DNA from: Pristiophorus japonicus
Lineage: Eukaryota
Assembly: GCF_044704955.1 (NCBI RefSeq)
Contig: NW_027254745.1
Coordinates: forward strand, 124,001-188,000
Direction of reading: 5' to 3'
DNA: 64,000 nt
Shown piece after piece: positions 1 to 11,612 of the stretch; positions within the stretch are counted from its first letter, which is position 1, and every line of letters starts with the position of its first letter. The notes under the pieces are model-generated. The model saw only the letters and a program-made list of their open reading frames with translations. It ran no database searches and had not been told where the DNA came from. Position numbers and translations under genes: made by a program.

Positions 1-2147
1 CTGGATGGAGAAGGAGGTGCTGCGAAAAGGAGAGCAGTCCTCCTCACGGTTTGCGGGGCACCGACCTACAGCCTCATGAAGAATCTTCTGGCTTCAGTGA
101 AACTCACAGATAAGTCGTATGAGGAGCTGTGTGCACTGGTTCGGGAGCATCTTAACCCGAGGGAAAGCGTGCTGATGGCGTGGTATCGGTTCTACATGTG
201 CCAGCGATCTGAAGGTCAGGAAGTGGCGAGCTACATCGCCGAGCTAAGGCAACTTGCAGGACAATGTGAATATGATGGCTACCTGGAGCAGCTGCTCGGA
301 GACTTTTTTGTACTGGGCATTGGCCACGAGACCATCTGACGAAAACTTTTGACTGAAGAGACACCGACCCTCAGTAAGTCCATTGAAATAGCACAGGCGT
401 TTATGTCCGTCAGTGATAACACCAAACAAATCTCTCAGCACACAAGTGCTTGCAATGTTCACAAATTAATTGGAACTGTGTTTGTGAGCAGAAATGTACA
501 GGGCAGAAACCACGAGTTTGCAACAGCCAGAAGGCCTCAGGTGACCCAGATGACTCAGATTCCGCAACAAAGGATGAATGCAAGGTAATTCACACCTTGT
601 TGGCGTTGTGCAGGCTTCCATTCAGCCTATTCATGCCGCTCCAAAGGGTATGTTTGCAACAGCTGTGGAACAATGGGGCTCCTCCAACGAGCTTGCAACC
701 TGCTGACCACCACGTGGCAGAGGAAGATCGGTCCATGGTGGATAAAAGCAATTTCGAGCCTCAGAGAGAGGAGGCAGATGCTGAAGTAGACGGGCTGTAC
801 ACATTTTCGACAAAATGTCCACCTATAATGCTAAATGTTAAATTGAATGTCTTACCCGTAGCCATGGAACTGGACACTAGCGCTTGCCAATCCATCATGG
901 GTAAAAAGATGTTTGAGAGACTGTGGTGCAACAAGACTCTCATACCAGCCCTGAGCCCCATGCACACGAAACTGAGAACGTACACCAAAGAGCTCATCAC
1001 TGTCCTGCGCAGCGCCATGGTCAATGTCACCTACGAGGGCACGGTGCATGAACTGCCACTCTGGATTGTCCCGGGCGATGGCCACACACTGCTTGGAAGG
1101 AGTTGGCTGGGTAAAATCCGCTGGAACTGGGATGACATCCCAGCGCTATCACATGTCGATGAGGCCTCATGTACCCAGATTCTTAAAAATATCCTTCCCT
1201 TTTTGAGCCAGGCATTAGACATTTTTACCGGGGCGAAGGTGCTCATCCACTTGGTCCCAGAGGTACGGCCCATTCACCACAAGGTGCGAGCGGTACCTCA
1301 CATGATGAGGGAGAGAGTGGAAATCGAGTTGGACAGGCTGCAACGCGAGGACATCATCTCCCCAGTGGAATTCAGTAAGTGGGCCAGCCCGATTGTTCCT
1401 AAGTGATGGCACAGTCAGGATTTGCGGCGATTATAAAGTAACTATTAATTATTTCTCGCTACAGGACCAATACCCACTACCTAAGGCAGACTACCTATTT
1501 GCGATGCTGACAGGAGGCAAGACGTTCACCAAGCTCGACTAAACTTCGGCCTACATGACGCAGGAGCTGGAGGAGACTTCGAAGGGCTTCACCTGCATCA
1601 ACACGCACAAGGGACTGTTCATCTCCAACAGATGCCCGTTTGGAATTCGGTTGGCTGCAGCGATCTTCCAGAGAAACATGGAGAGCCTACTCAAGTCGGT
1701 GCCATGCACAGTGGTCTTTCAGGACGACATATTGGTCATGGGTCGGGACACTGTGGAGCACCTACAAACCTAGAGGGGGCCCTCCGTCGAATGGATCGCG
1801 TAGGGCTGCGGCTGAAGAGGTCGAAATACGTTTTCATGGCAATAGAAGTGGAGTTTTTTGGGAGAAAGATTGCGGCGGACGGCATTCGGCCCACAGACGC
1901 CAAGACAGAGGCCAGGCCACAGAACATCATGGAGCTGCGGTCGTTCCTGGGACTTCTCAACTATTTTGGCAAATTTCTACCGGGGTTAAGCACCCTCTTA
2001 GAGCCCTTACATGTGTTATTGCGTAAAGGTGAGAACTGGGTATGGGGGAAAATAACAAGTAATTGCTTTTGAGAAAGCTAGAAACATTTTATGCTCCAAC
2101 AAGCTGCTTGTATTGTATAACCTGTGTAAAAGACTTGTGCGAGCATG
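1..2147 (+). mobile_element. Decayed Ty3/Gypsy LTR-retrotransposon gag-pol fragment, starting before the window and cut off at the ERV insertion
   Basis: Broken ORFs: gag-like RQLAGQCEY/RDFFVLG (76-339), CWRC..H...C zinc knuckle (~597-635), protease MELDTS and LLGRSWL, RT WASPIVP / RCPFG / VFQDDILV, and LRSFLGLLNYFGKF. Many stops and frameshifts. Confidence 0.9.
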
Positions 2148-2675
2148 TGTTTTGGATCGATAATAATAGATCCAGATTCGGGATCTGGATGAATGGTAAA
2201 TAAGAGACAAGACAAATGAAGTAAAGATAAAACACCATTTACTGAGAGAAAGTAAACATCATACAGTTTACGAAGAAAAAGGAAGTATGATAAGATGCAA
2301 CAAAGCTCACAGCCTTCGACCCGTCGGGAACTCCGCAACGACGGCTGGTCTGGAGCCTTAGGGGTCCTGGCACCACTCGCGAATCACGGTCTAAGGTGAA
2401 ATTCAAAGAGCTACTGGACAGTTCCGTTCCTTTATACTGTTGAATAAACATGGGTGCATGTGGCTTATGGACAACTCCTAATCTGTAAGGCCCCAGATGT
2501 TCTTCCACAAAGCATGAGGCCTCGAGGCGCTGATTGTCCCACAAACAAGATGGTGTGCGCATCAAGGTCTCTCCCTCTCTGGATCAACAACATTCCAGGA
2601 GGCATGAAGCAGAATACACACTGTAAGTGTCGGAATATCATAATTAACCCTATGTGATTAACCCTATACAATACT
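2148..2675 (-). repeat. ERV 3' LTR
   Basis: Aligns end to end with 7976-8510. Starts TG on the + strand. Minus-strand TATAAA near 2430-2436 and AGTAAA poly(A)-like signal near 2238-2243. Confidence 0.9.
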
Positions 2676-2772
2676 ATCCAATCTTGATATTTAGAGATTC
2701 TAAGTAATATAATCGAGTTGAAAGCGTAATGCATCAGTTACATATTATGTTTGCGCGAACAACGCCCACAAT

Positions 2773-3199
2773 CTACATCAAAGCATACATAAATATCAGT
2801 AATAACGCGATGAGTAAAACAACGATAGGATGTAGTAACAGCTTCAAAGGGGCAGATGTCTTTGGGGACCATTCGTAAAAGGTGTCCCACCAATGGTGTA
2901 CAGTAAGGTCATTGACCGTTGTCGCAACTCTGACCAAGGCGCCTTCACTGTAACTCATAGCAACTTGCAGAGTATGAAGAATACGCCCTCGTTTGCTCAA
3001 TTCGTCAGTGACCTTTTGATTATCTTTTAGAAATTGAGCTTAACGAGTTAGGTCTACAGTGTGGAGGAAGGTTAGTAATTGTCTTGCATACGATCAGTGT
3101 TAGCTATCCGCCACCCCATGCTGTGTTTGAGGATGGAAGTAGCACAGTCACAGATAACGAGACACAGAGGCTGGCCAGCACGAGTTGGTAAGTCGCCAT
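2773..3199 (-). pseudogene. env: Internally deleted env remnant (signal peptide plus C-terminal membrane anchor)
   Basis: Acceptor ttcctcccacag (AG at 3215-3214), then ATG 3199 giving MATYQLVLASLCVSLSVTVLLPS. Downstream frame gives HHWWDTFYEWSP..LLLHPIVVLLIALLLIFMY, a hydrophobic anchor, between integrase and the 3' LTR. Confidence 0.65.
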
Positions 3200-3241
3200 T
3201 TTGGGCTGAATTCCTGTGGGAGGAAGCATAATTATATTAAT

Positions 3242-6200
3242 TCAGCACCGTTTAGTCAATTTACCCTTGTCAACAGATGGAGGAACATCTTGACCGGTCA
3301 GGAGCACCCAATAAGTGTTTCGTTCTCCTTTCACTAAGATTTCCCCTGCTTGTAAGTGTTTCTGGGGGTACTGCACCCACACTTTTCCTCCTTCACAAAC
3401 TGTGTCCTGAGTCTGATTTTCTTTTTCAATAGTAGGGACACTAACTTTGCCTAACATGTGGCTTATGGGAGTTTCCCCCCACAATGGTCGGTGATTCAGA
3501 TTGCGCACTGCTTGTGGGAAAATCTTTAACCACCCTTGCAATGTGTTAGTGGGAGTTAATATTTTAATCTGTTGTTTAAGTAATCCATTCATGCGTTCCA
3601 TTAAACCTGCAGCTTGCGGATAGTAATGTATGTGAAACATCCAATAGATCTCGTTATCTACCGCCCACTGTTGCACTGTTTGACCTGTGAAGTGCGACCC
3701 ATTATCGGACTGTACTTCTGCTGGTTCACCGTAGTATGTGATTAAATTCTCCAGTCCTTTAATCGTACTTGGTTGATTCGCTTTAGTCACAGGATAAGCG
3801 ATCAAAAGTATAGAATAGGTATCAACAACAGTGAGCAAATATTGGAACCGTTGTTGCAATGGTAAAGGTCCTACATCATCAACTTGCCATGTTTCTGCTG
3901 GTTGAGTCCCTCTCTTAATTGTCGTTGTAGGGGGAAATGCTTCACCTTTTGACAAATTTCACAGGTGTTTATGATCTGATTAACACCGTCCGTAGTCAAA
4001 TGTAACCCCCCATTTCGTGCCCACTGTATCGTACCCTGAATGCCCAAATGTCCAGATTTGTGGTGGGCCCACTTGCCTATGCCATATTCTTCCTCTTCCG
4101 CCTCTTTGACAGCCCGTACCCGGGCTATATTATCAACTGTGTTATTATATTCAGAAGTCTTTGAAGTGTTTTTCATGTGGGTGTCCACATGATATACAGT
4201 TATTTTCATCTTCTGGGATTTGGAACATATTTGTTCCCATAGGTACTTTCCCCACAAGTCTTTCCCAGTTATTTGCCAGTTATGTTCATGCCAGTTTCGC
4301 ATTCAGCCCGCCATGCCATTGGCTACTGCCCATGAGTCAGTATATATGTGTATTTGTTGCTGTTCCTCTTCTAGCGCAGGGACTACAGCTGCTAGTTCTG
4401 CTTGCTGGCTGGAGTCTCCCACGCCCTCATCATGCACAATTGTCTGTTTTTTTGGATTGAAGGCAGCGGCTCGCCATCACCGAAGGCCATTTCGCCAGAC
4501 CGCTGAGCCACCTGTGAACCAGGCATGGCTACGTTCTTCGGGTGTTAACTGTTCAAAAGACACATCCCAGGAGATCGGTGACTCTTTGGTTAAACTGACA
4601 GACGACTGCGTAAGTTCACTCTCAGCTGTTTGTGGGTATCCAGCCACATGCTCATGTAGTCGGGTGATTCCTTCTTTCCCTTTACTTGCTCTGTCTGCGA
4701 TATACCATTTCGAGCGCACTATGCACTCGCCCGACCTTGTGTGTCTCATTTTCTGAGAGAACCCAGGATAATATGGGTAGGTCTTGTCTTAAACTGACTT
4801 TGTCGTCCCCTGTCTGTCCTTCTGTTTCTGTTAGGGCCCAATAACATGCTAATAATTGTTTCTCAAATGGAGTGTAACGAGCAGCAGCATCTGTCAATGT
4901 TCTAGACCATAACCCTAACGATATACGAGTGCCATGTTGAGCCTGCCACAAACTTCATACTGCAGTATCATTGATAACGGATACCTGGAGCTCAAAAGGC
5001 TGTCCAGGCACTCGTGGGGCTAGGGGTAAAGCTTGAGCTACGGCTTCTTTGGCTGCATCAAAAGCCACCTGTTGTTCCTTTCCCCACTCGAAGTGGGCCT
5101 TTTTTCGAGTTGCGGCATACAACGATTTTAATAGCAACGTGAGTTGAGGTATGTGTCTCCTCCAGTAACCCAATAGTCCCACGAACCGTTGTGTCTCAGT
5201 TTTATTCGTGGAGGTGGCCATTTCTTTAATTTTATTCCTCACAGGCTCGGGTATGATGCGCTCACCGCGAGACCATTGGATCCCCAGAAACTGGACAAAC
5301 TGGCTAGGGCCCTGCACCTTCTTCGGATTTATCTCCAAGCCCAGATCTCGCATGTGTTGGACTAAAGTAGCTAGGGCTTCTGACACCACATCCTCGGTGG
5401 GACCCCTTATTCGTACATCATCGATATAGTGTGCCAGTGAGATATTAGGAGCCAACGTGCACATGTCCAGGTCCCGGGCCACCAATCCATGGCATAGGGT
5501 AGGGCTATGTAGGTAACCTTGAGGTAGGCGTTTAAACGTGTATTGCCTCCCTTCCCAAGTGAGTGCAAACTGGTGCTGTGATTCTTCCGCTATTAGATTG
5601 GCGAAACTGGCATTGGCCAGGTCGGTTACCGCATACCACTCCGCACCTTCTTCAGACAGCCGCTCTGTTATAGTTACTACATTGGGACAGCGGTTGCCAG
5701 GAGAGGGGCACATTTGTTCAGTTGTCGGTAATCCACAGTCATCCTCCAACTTTTGTCGGGTTTCTGCACACGCCAAACAGGGCTTTTGTAGGGGACACCA
5801 CATGTCTAATGATTCCCGCCTCCAAGAGACCTTGTATGGTTTCCCCTATTTCTTTGTGTCCCCCAGGTATTTGGTACTGTTTCATAGTCACTATACGCAA
5901 TGGCCGTGGTATTACCACTGGTTCCCACTTTGCTTCCTCTGCAATCTCAATGATCGCCCATATCCCGAATGAGAATCGCCCGAACGAGATGTTGTGTGTG
6001 GTTCCCTTTAAAAGGTCCATCCCAATAATATGTTCCTTTACTGCCGATATTAAGACCGTTACGCAGCGCGGAGGCCCATTTCCCAACGCCATTCTGATAG
6101 TTGTTCGGACAGCGGGCGTTTCTGCCCCCCACCCCCGAACCCATTAATCATCATACAGGTCCCTGTGTGTTTCCTAGGGTTTCCATGGATAATAGTAACT

Positions 6201-6300
6201 TCTGCCCCTGTGTCTAGTAAAGCAACATCTCTTTGTATGTTCGCCCCCACCCCGCCAATGTATCGTAATCGGAATGTGTGGCCTCAGATCCCGGGAGCTT
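3242..6300 (-). pseudogene. pol: ERV pro-pol (protease, RT, tether/RNase H, integrase), frameshifted
   Basis: LLDTGAEVT (6059-6250), RT YIDD (4955-5803), RNase H WFTGGSA (~4500), integrase HHCC (AHHKSGH...CEIC) and core (3242-3955). Confidence 0.9.
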
Positions 6301-6447
6301 GGGTTGATGTGGTTCTAATGGGGAGTACTCCCGGATCCCGGCCACACCCCAGTCGAGGGGATTACTAGCCTTCCACAGCTCTTCTACGCTGGGATATAGG
6401 CTAGTGGGAGATGGTTTCTCCGCATCCGCAGACTTGACGTTATCCGA

Positions 6448-7946
6448 CTAAGTCTCCCTTACCTCCCTCCTTTTACCCTTCCCTGTTCCCGGGACGCAGT
6501 GTTGCTTCCACATAGAATACATTGCTCCTGTTGGGATTGCATCAATTTTTTTTCCTTGGGGACCCCTGCTTTCAATAAAGACGCGTACATGTCCCTCTGC
6601 GCAATTCTTTTTTTTTGTCTTTCCTGACCCTATATCTTTCCCAGAGGTCGAACCTTGTCGCTGGTCCCGATCCCCCTCTACATTAGCCGTTCTCGACTCT
6701 CGCACACTATCTTCTACATCGTCTAACTGTCCTAACAACAGGAGAGCGTCCCCTACCCGCTGCTCTTGGGCTGGTCCCAATAATGCACGTAGCGCACCCC
6801 TCATCATAGGAGGGCCACTCTTCATCAGCCTGCTCTGCATTCCTGCCGTAAAGAGCTCCTGATCTGGCCCCCCATATTGTTGGTGATATATTCCTCCCTG
6901 TGTTTCCATGTTGTGCAATTGTATCGCACCCTCCACCACAGTACTCCAAGGTTTTAACTCCCCTTTCCAATCAACGGCAGAGGGATATTTTTCCTGGACC
7001 CCTATAGTAACCATGTCCCATAGCGAACTTGTGCCCTGGACATTTCGTAGCACTGCTGTGATATGGTGGTCCGTAATCATAGTCCTCATTTTTATTAACT
7101 CTTCAGGGTTAAGTATTACGCCTGATGCTCCCTGATCCCAAATCCGGGTTAGCCATTCTGACAATGATTCCTCGGGTTTTTTGCGAAATCGAGACCCTAT
7201 TTCTTGTAACTCACAAGTGGTGAAGTCACGCACCCCTCTAGTGGTTACTGGCTGTTTCCCATCTTGCTGTTTCACCTTATTTGTCATAAGGGGTCTAGCT
7301 TTCTTGCTCGGAGCGTATGGGGGAGGGTTTTTAGTTTCCTCCCGTTCCCCCCTCTCCATCTGACCATTCATATTCTGAGTCAGAGGAGTACCAGATGTCT
7401 CCTTCCCAATGAGCCGGATCCCAAGTGGGTCCAGCTACCAATGCACGTACCTTTGACCGATCTATCTGTAATTTCCGTCGTCTGGCTTTTTAATAATGTT
7501 GTACTGTCACCAGATGGCATATTAAAGTTTCTGATTGTTCATTGAGCTTGTCCACCTGTTGTTGTGCAGTGTGGACCGCTTCAGTCAGAGTCGAGTTTTG
7601 ACTTTCGAAAAACCTTAACAGCTGTTTTTAACTCTAGGTTTTCTGCCTCACTTTCCTTAAGTTGTTTACACATCGTCTTTAATGCTGTCAACAAAATTCA
7701 TCCCATTTGTGAGGGATTACTTTTCTCCTGTGGGAAGCCGACTTCCTCCAGGAGAGACAGTACCGCGTGGGGTACGGGTCTATCTTTGCTCTGTTCCAAT
7801 AACTGCATATCCCAATGTTGTGGGGATGCAAACTGGGCTAGCACATTGGCAAGAGAGCCAAAACCCTCATCCCTCATGCTCCACCCTGGTATTCTATACT
7901 TCTCTCCCGCAGGAGGAGACTGCTCCTTGTCTTTTCTCTTAAACAT
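6448..7946 (-). pseudogene. gag: ERV gag, frameshifted
   Basis: ATG at 7946 just after the PBS. 307-aa fragment with a PPPY late-domain-like motif and ESLSEWLTRIWDQGA capsid-like motif. Confidence 0.8.
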
Positions 7947-7954
7947 TTTACCAG

Positions 7955-7972
7955 ATCCTGTTCGTGATGCCA
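7955..7972 (-). promoter_or_regulatory. Primer-binding site, tRNA-Ser(CGA) type
   Basis: + strand ATCCTGTTCGTGATGCCA matches, at 17/18 positions, the 3' end of a vertebrate tRNA-Ser(CGA) as recalled (ATCCTGTTCGTGACG-CCA). It lies 3 nt inside the 5' LTR boundary. Confidence 0.8.
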
Positions 7973-7975
7973 ACA

Positions 7976-8510
7976 TTTTTTGGATCGATAATAATAGACC
8001 CAGGTTCGGGTTCTGGATGAATGTTAAATAAGAGGCAAGACAAATGAAGTAAAGATAAAACACCGTTTACTGAGGGAAAAGAAACATAATACAGTTTATG
8101 AAGAAAAGAGAAGTATGATAAGATGCAACAAAGCTCAAAGCCTTCGGCCCGTCGGGAACTCCGCAACGATGGCTAGTCTGGAGCCTTGGGGGTCCCGGCA
8201 CCGCTCGCGAATCATGGTCCAAGGTGAAGTTAAAAGAGCTACTGGACAGTTCCATTCCTTTATACTATTGAACAAACATGGGTGCATGTGGCTTATGGCC
8301 AACTCCTAATCAGTAAGGCCCCAGCTGTTCTTTCACAAAGCATGAGACCTCGAGGCGCCGACTGTCCCATAAACAAGATGGTGTGCGCATCAAGGTCCCT
8401 CTCTCTCTCTCTCTCTGCATCAACAACATTCCACGAGGCATGAAGCAGAAACACACTGTAAATGTCGAAATATCATAATTAACCCTATGTGATTAACCCT
8501 ATACAATACA
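7976..8510 (-). repeat. ERV 5' LTR
   Basis: Paralogue of 2148-2675, about 92% identical by eye, with an expanded (CT)n near 8398-8416. Confidence 0.9.
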
Positions 8511-8515
8511 GCAAG

Positions 8516-8740
8516 CCGCACCCCTTGCACACGCCGATTGGTTGGAAGACTAACCGCCCACCCAGACCACCAGCTCCACAACTGCTCTCCCTATTGGTCG
8601 GGAGCTGCCGTCAATCAGCCAGGCAGTGTGAACTGAGCATGCGCGGTGGGTGAGACAGGGGGTCAGAGATGGGTGGAGGGAGGGAGCGATTTAATAAAGG
8701 ACGTGCTTATTTGTACTGCAAAAATGGCCGCCATGCTCCA
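8516..8740 (+). promoter_or_regulatory. Promoter-like GC-rich island
   Basis: Two ATTGG boxes, NRF1-like GCATGCGC (8637-8644), YY1-like AAAATGGCC/GCCGCCATG (8721-8735). Confidence 0.4.
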
Positions 8741-8907
8741 ACCTTTTTCCATGATTGGATCCTTTGGAGGATAAGCCACAGCCTGAGGTTTCACTCGAAT
8801 GTATAACTGAAACCACCCATCCCAACGTCTCACTGACTTTGCAAATTGTAACTTGATCCACTTTGACTTCCTGAAACAACAGAGGCAGAACTCCCAGAAG
8901 ACAGCGA

Positions 8908-9720
8908 CTGCAAGCCAAAGTGCCTTGCTCCAGTCGCAGTGCATCCCTCCCCAGCGGAAGTGCCTTACTCCAGTCCTAGTAAATGCCTCCCCAGCCAAAG
9001 TGCCTTAACCCGATCCAGTGCATGCATCCCAGTGCCAAAGTGCCTTACCGCAGACCCAGTGCATGCCTCCCCCAGCAAAAGTGCCTTACCCCAGTCCCAG
9101 TATATGCCTCCCAGAGGCGAAGTGCCTTACCCCAGTATATGCCTCCCCCAGCCAAAGTGCCTTACCCCAGTCGCAGTACACGCCTCCCCCAGCCAACGTG
9201 CCTTACCCCAGTCCCAGTGGAAGTCTCCTCCAGCCGAAGTGCCTTACCCCACTCTGAGTGCATGCCTCCACCAGACGAAGTGACTTATCCCAGTCCCAGT
9301 GCAGGCTTCCCCCAGCTGGAGTGCTTTATACCAGTCCCAGTGCATGCCTCCCCCAGCCGAAGTGCCTTACCCCAGTCCCAGTATATGCATCCCCCAGCCA
9401 AAGTGCCTTACCCCAATCCCAGTGCATGCATCTCCCAGCCGAAGTGCCTTACCTCATTCCAAGTGCATGCCCCCAACCCAGCTAAAGTGCCTTACCCCAG
9501 TCCCAGTGCATGCCTCCCCCAGCCCAAGTCCCTTACCCCAGTCCCAGTGCACGCCTCCCCCAGCTGAAGTGCCTTAGCCAGTCCAAGTGTATGCCTCCCC
9601 CAGCCGAAGTGCCTTACCCTAGTTCCAGTGCAAGCCTCCCCCATCCAAAGTGCATTACTGCAGTCCGACTGCCTTACCCCAGTCCCAGTGCACGCCTCCC
9701 CCAGCCCAAGTGCCTTAACC
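8908..9720. repeat. 41-bp minisatellite, about 20 copies
   Basis: Unit GTGCCTTACCCCAGTCCCAGTGCATGCCTCCCCCAGCCAAA. It explains the Pro-rich ORFs in all three frames. Confidence 0.95.
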
Positions 9721-9829
9721 GAGTTTTATTTCTCTGCACCACATGCATGGAATGATTCGTGCCCGGATGGTGCGGGGCTTGTCGCCTGTCAGTCACAAAG
9801 TGCAGAATCAATCGATTCCTGCGTTAATA

Positions 9830-10130
9830 AACCCCAGGCGGGACACGCAGCCCGAGTGCGGGCCCAGGCCCGAGAGGCAACACACCGCACCATCTGCTTT
9901 ACACACACCCGGGCTCGTCCCCAAGAACCGAATCACAGCCCGGTTCCAGGCCCAGTCAGTGAGCTTCCCAGGGGAGCGGGCTCAGTGGCCGCCATCTTGG
10001 TCAGGGCGGGTACGGCGGTGTTTGCGCGGCCCTTTGGGCAGGGATAATGGATGGGCGGGGCTTCAGCGTGTCTGACAGTTAGATTGGACACATGTTTGTG
10101 CCCAGGTCAGTGGCCCCTGACAGGGAGCCT
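9830..10130 (-). promoter_or_regulatory. CpG-rich promoter / first-exon-like island
   Basis: Minus-strand AAGATGGCGGCC (YY1-type, 9987-9998), GC boxes GGGCGG (~10003, ~10053), ATTGG (~10083), many CpGs. Confidence 0.45.
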
Positions 10131-10160
10131 TGTTGTGCTGAATGTTGTCTGGTGACCCTC

Positions 10161-10618
10161 GGCCAGCCCGGCTCATCCTATTGGGCCAGCCCGGGCTCGC
10201 CCTATTGGGCCAGCCCGGCTCACCCTATTGGGCCAGCCTGAGCTCACCCTATTGGGCCAGCACTGGCTCATCCTATTGGGCCAGCATGGGCTCACACGAT
10301 TGGGCCTGCCTGGGCTCATCCTATTGGGCTAGCACAGGCACACCCTATTGGGCCAGCCTGGGCTCACCCGATTGAGCCAGCCTGGGCTCGCCCTATTGGA
10401 TCAACCCGGCTCACCCTATTGGGCCAGCATGGGCTCACCCTATTGGGCCAGCATGGGCTCACGCTATTGGGCTAGCCCGGGCTCACACTATTATGCCAGC
10501 TCGGGCTCACCCTATTGGGCCAGCATGGGCTCACCCTATTGGGCCAGCCTGGCTCATCCGATTGGGCCAGCACAGGCTCACCCTATTGCGCCAGCACAGG
10601 CTCACCCTATTGGGGGCC
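10161..10618. repeat. 24-bp minisatellite, about 19 copies
   Basis: Unit GGGCTCACCCTATTGGGCCAGCCT. It produces the GSPYWASx repeat ORFs. Confidence 0.95.
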
Positions 10619-11180
10619 ATTCTCCGGTGTTGTGCTACCTTGGGCGTTTGTGTCAGATTTCTAACCCGTGCTGTACCTGCCCTGGGAGAGTTTGATGGGA
10701 CAGTGAAAGGGAGACTTACTATGCCGTGTACTGAACTGTGAAAATCTGTGACGAGACAGAGACCTGTTTTTTCACAGAACCTGCCATGTGACTGTGACAG
10801 ATCATAATATTAGAGGAGACTGCATGGTGCACCTGGTGGTTGTGCCGCAATTCCGCCTCTGGGACCAGATACATCAAGGCTGCGGTAGAGATGTCTTTTC
10901 TCCGATGGGACACTGGGTGGCGCCATGGGTCCTTCACCAATGGAACTTGGGTTCAATCACAACCCAGATAGGACGGGTGAAACATACCTGTCAGGCAAAT
11001 AAAACACAGTGTGACAGGGAAAATGGAGAAGTGTACAGGAGCCGTGGAGAAAGGAATACAGCAAAGTCCAAGTTACTTCATTTGTCATTCGAGATTTATT
11101 AACAATTTCACAGAAAACAATTTACAGGGAAGTGTAAAAAAGTGAACATAAAGTGAATATAACTGAGCAATACTTTGAGA

Positions 11181-11612
11181 ACCGAATACAGGCGGATTGG
11201 GCCTGTACTCTCTGGAGTTTAGAATAATGAGACGTGATCTGATTGAAACATAAGATTCTGAGGGCGCTTGACAAGTTAAATGCTGAAGGTTTGTTTTCCC
11301 CGGCTGGACACTCGAGAACTAGGGAGCACTCTCTCCGGATAAAGGATCGGCCATTTAAGACGGAGATGAGGAGGAATTTCTTCACTCAGAGGGTTGTGAA
11401 TGTTTGGAATTCCCTGCCCCAGACGGCTGTGGATGCTGAGTCTCTAAATAAATTCAAAGGCTCAAATAGTTAGATTTTTGGACTCTAGGAGAAGCAACGG
11501 ATATGCTATCGGGCGGGAAAGTGGAGTTGAGGTCGATAATGAGCCCGGATCTTATTGAATGGCGGAGTAGACTCGAGGGTCCGTCGGGCCTACTCCTTCT
11601 CCTATTTCTCAT
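11181..11612 (+). mobile_element. CR1-type LINE 3' fragment
   Basis: SRTREHSLRI..FKTEMRRNFFTQRVVNVWNSLP and a typical 3' UTR. Confidence 0.9.

Larger units (their letters stand above)
2148..8510 (-). mobile_element. Class III (ERV-L/ERV-S-like) endogenous retrovirus, LTR-gag-pro-pol-delta env-LTR, defective
   Basis: Two ~530-bp direct repeats, a PBS, and pol motifs typical of ERV-L/S: LPQGYLHSPTLCH, YIDD, FEKQLLACYWALTETE, WQVDxxGPLP, SDNGSHF, PQAAGLMERMNGLLK. Confidence 0.9.

Noticed and set aside
8939-10741. Pro-rich and GSPYWAS-repeat ORFs
   Set aside because: They are translations of the 41-bp and 24-bp minisatellites, open in several frames, with no splice or codon evidence.
10788-11102. 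104-aa ORF preceded by a ttttttcacag acceptor-like site
   Set aside because: No recognisable domain, a non-ATG start and no clear donor or partner exons.
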